61,015 nucleotides of DNA, taken from positions 1 to 61,015 of the forward strand of contig JAWOBX010000095.1 in assembly GCA_046484125.1 (NCBI GenBank), in the 5' to 3' direction. The notes beneath the pieces were generated by a model, which saw only the letters and a program-made list of their open reading frames with translations, was not told the DNA's origin and ran no database searches. How positions within the stretch are numbered: the stretch's first letter is position 1; each line of letters starts with the position of its first letter. This stretch comes from Dehalococcoidia bacterium (GTDB lineage Bacteria; Chloroflexota; Dehalococcoidia; SZUA-161; SpSt-899). The position numbers were made by a program, and so were the translations under genes. This document shows positions 58,921-61,015 of the stretch, one piece after another.

Positions 58921-59004
58921 GTGGCAATATAGTGCCACAATATCGGCAATCGGTTGCCTTTTATGCTTACCAAAATATTATCAGAGCCACATGTAAAGTG
59001 TCAA
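58921..59004 (-). promoter_or_regulatory. nrpR2(-gdhA) promoter with tandem GGCA-N6-TGCC operators
   Basis: TTGACA(59004-58999)-18-TAATAT. GTGGCA-N6-TGCCAC at 58921-58938 and GGCA-N6-TGCC at 58945-58958. Confidence 0.72.
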
Positions 59005-59013
59005 CAATTTAAT

Positions 59014-59112
59014 TCTAAGAGACCTCCTCAGTAAGAGGTGACTTCGGGGGGCTAGGGGTGTCCCCAGCTTTAAAAGTCCTCCATGATTTGGGGGGTTCAG
59101 GGAATTGATCAG
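59014..59112 (+). repeat. Repeat family 1, copy F
   Basis: TCTAAGAGACCTCCTCAGTAAGAGGTGACTTCGGGGGG...TTGATCAG. Confidence 0.85.
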
Positions 59113-59314
59113 GTAATACATTCACGGTTAATTAGGCAATATTGCCAATTATTGGCACAAATTGATTTTTCCCCGGAAGGGGATGGGCACTGATTACGCA
59201 AATGCTGCAACGAAGTACTAATGTGGGCCGAGCCCACCCTGTGTCTGCTGAAAAAAGCCGCCACCCGGAATCAATCACAATTCCACTAAATAATTAAAAG
59301 TGCTAAAATAGGCT

Positions 59315-60145
59315 ATGGCCGGAATTGAGTATAAAAAGTTTATCGGCCCCGGAATAATCGCGGTCCTGGTCATAGCCCTTTATTATCCCGCCATCGAATG
59401 GATGGCCAATTCATGGTGGAACTCCGATTATTACTCTCACAGCTTACTCCTCCTCCCGGTTGCCCTCATCATTCTCTGGAGCAGGCGGAATGACCTGGGT
59501 GAAAAGCGACCATACCAGATCGGTATATGGGTGCTCGTCGCCGGACTCATTCTTTACGTCGTGGGCTTCGTCCGGGCCTCGAATTTCCTTTGCGCGGCAT
59601 CCCTCCTGCTCGTACTGCCGGGAATCGTAATCTTCGCCCGGGGGATAACCGCCCTTCGGGCGGTCGCCTTCCCCATCGCCCTCCTTGTCTTCATGATCCC
59701 GTTTCCCTGGCTGGATAGAGTCACCCTCTGGCTGCAAAACTTTGCCGCCAGGGCGTCTGCCTGGATAGTGGATTTACTGGGAGTATCGGTTACACGAACC
59801 GGCTCACAAGTGGAACTGGAGAATGCTTCCTTCCAGATTGGAGTCCCGTGCAGCGGAATGCACAGTCTTATCGCCCTGCTGGCGCTCGCGGCAATCCTGG
59901 CCTATTTGCTCAGAGGACCTTTCATCCGCAAGCTGTCACTGGTCATACTGGCCATCCCCGTCGCCATTTTCTCCAATCTGGCCCGGCTGGTTATCCTGCT
60001 GTTAATCGGCAACGCCTGGGGAGAGGACGCGGTTACAGGCGTAGTTCATGACCCCTTGAGTCCCATCATATTCGTAATAGCCATCATATGCCTGATCCCC
60101 CTGGCACGCATACTTGGCCTCCGGGTTAATGAACCTCACGAATAA
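59315..60145 (+). CDS. Exosortase/archaeosortase family membrane protein
   Basis: YYSH, LFMIP-like VFMIPFP, VPCSG (Cys), NLAR (Arg) and VHD (His); multiple transmembrane helices. Confidence 0.9.
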   Translation: MAGIEYKKFIGPGIIAVLVIALYYPAIEWMANSWWNSDYYSHSLLLLPVALIILWSRRNDLGEKRPYQIGIWVLVAGLILYVVGFVRASNFLCAASLLLVLPGIVIFARGITALRAVAFPIALLVFMIPFPWLDRVTLWLQNFAARASAWIVDLLGVSVTRTGSQVELENASFQIGVPCSGMHSLIALLALAAILAYLLRGPFIRKLSLVILAIPVAIFSNLARLVILLLIGNAWGEDAVTGVVHDPLSPIIFVIAIICLIPLARILGLRVNEPHE

Positions 60146-60190
60146 GACGAATCACTTCCATAAATAAGCTCCCCGATTTATAATAATCAA

Positions 60191-60781
60191 GTGCTGCTGT
60201 TCGGTCATATCGGAATCACAATGGGGGTGGTACTGGCATGGGATAAGGGCCTTTCCAGAAGAGTTCCATTCATCCACAGGGAAGAACAGGGGGAGAGCTC
60301 AACACCCGGCCGTTTGGCTGCCATGGGAAACAGCATCGACTACCGGCTGGTCGGGCTGGGAGCGATGCTCCCGGATATAATCGACAAGCCACTGGGCATT
60401 TACATCTTTGGTGATGCCATCAGTAATGGGCGGATTTTCGGCCATACACTTGTCTTTTTCCTGATATTGCTCGCCATAGGAATCTATCGCTATCGCAGAT
60501 ACGCCAGGCCAGGCTTCCTTATCGTTTCCCTGTGTTCCGGATTCCACCTGCTGCTTGACAGAATGTGGTATACTTCCCACACCCTCCTATGGCCCGCGTA
60601 CGGAATAAGTTTTGAAAAAGTGGATGTTACCGGATGGCTTTCCGAGATAAGCGATAAGTTCCTCAGTTCTCCGGGCGCCTATGGTACGGAAATTATCGGA
60701 CTTCTCATTCTGTTGCCGTTTGCCTTCAAACTATTACGCGACAGGGAAGTAATTCGATTCATTAAATCCGGGACCATTTGA
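60191..60781 (+). CDS. Membrane-bound metal-dependent hydrolase (YdjM-like)
   Basis: FGH, GAMLPDIIDKP, GHTL and HLLLD motifs. Confidence 0.85.
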   Translation: MLLFGHIGITMGVVLAWDKGLSRRVPFIHREEQGESSTPGRLAAMGNSIDYRLVGLGAMLPDIIDKPLGIYIFGDAISNGRIFGHTLVFFLILLAIGIYRYRRYARPGFLIVSLCSGFHLLLDRMWYTSHTLLWPAYGISFEKVDVTGWLSEISDKFLSSPGAYGTEIIGLLILLPFAFKLLRDREVIRFIKSGTI

Positions 60782-61015
60782 TGGAACATTATGACGTATT
60801 GATAGTCGGGGCGGGGCCCGCCGGCAGCCGTACCGCCTACAGGATGGCGAGCGCCGGATACAAAGTAGCCATCTTCGAAGAAAAAGAACAGGCAGGGCAT
60901 AAGTCCTGTTGCACAGGAATTATAGGAAGGGAATGCGCCGACCTTTTTGATATAGACGTCGATTGCGTTCTTCGAGAGGCCGGCTCCGCCAGACTTTTCG
61001 CTCCGTCGGGCGAAT
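60781..61015 (+). CDS. Geranylgeranyl reductase family flavoprotein, 5' part, cut by the window end
   Basis: MEHYDVLIVGAGPAGS...FEEK...SCCTGII. Confidence 0.8.
   Translation, partial: MEHYDVLIVGAGPAGSRTAYRMASAGYKVAIFEEKEQAGHKSCCTGIIGRECADLFDIDVDCVLREAGSARLFAPSGE

Noticed and set aside
465-60900. Many antisense or alternate-frame ORFs in the track (e.g. 2675..3340, 12663..13382, 25115..25954, 42933..43766)
   Set aside because: They overlap well-supported genes and lack motifs; they are shadow ORFs.

Overview
Bacterial DNA from an anaerobe, probably Chloroflexota/Dehalococcoidia-like (inferred from gene content, not proven). It has three parts. (1) About 0.4-41.4 kb is a dense, nearly all plus-strand catabolic island. 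It opens with a corrinoid methyl-transfer module: B12-binding protein, MtmB-family methyltransferase with Gly at the pyrrolysine position, methyl-THF:corrinoid methyltransferase and DUF1638. Directly after come two 3-ketosteroid-dehydrogenase-like flavoproteins and a START/CoxG protein. The island also holds five old-yellow-enzyme (OYE) oxidoreductases (three BaiH-like), a second MtmB paralog, four SDRs, a class III CoA transferase, an acyl-CoA dehydrogenase, two AORs, two cytoplasmic DMSO-reductase-family enzymes, and VOC/EthD proteins. The best reading is an O2-independent steroid/bile-acid A-ring pathway with cobalamin-dependent C19 methyl transfer (EmtAB/AbeABC-like aromatisation or its reverse). 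(2) 41.5-48.2 kb is housekeeping: aroQ, xerC, topA, dprA and others. (3) 48.3-58.9 kb is a nitrogen cluster: stand-alone glutamate synthase, two nrpR, glnA, glnK, amtB and gdhA, with candidate NrpR operators and GlnR-like boxes. An exosortase, a membrane hydrolase and a partial geranylgeranyl-reductase-family gene end the window. Two small non-coding repeat families (MITE-like) are dispersed through it. No rRNA, tRNA or CRISPR array was seen. Family assignments come from motif recognition and recalled reference sequences, not from database searches.
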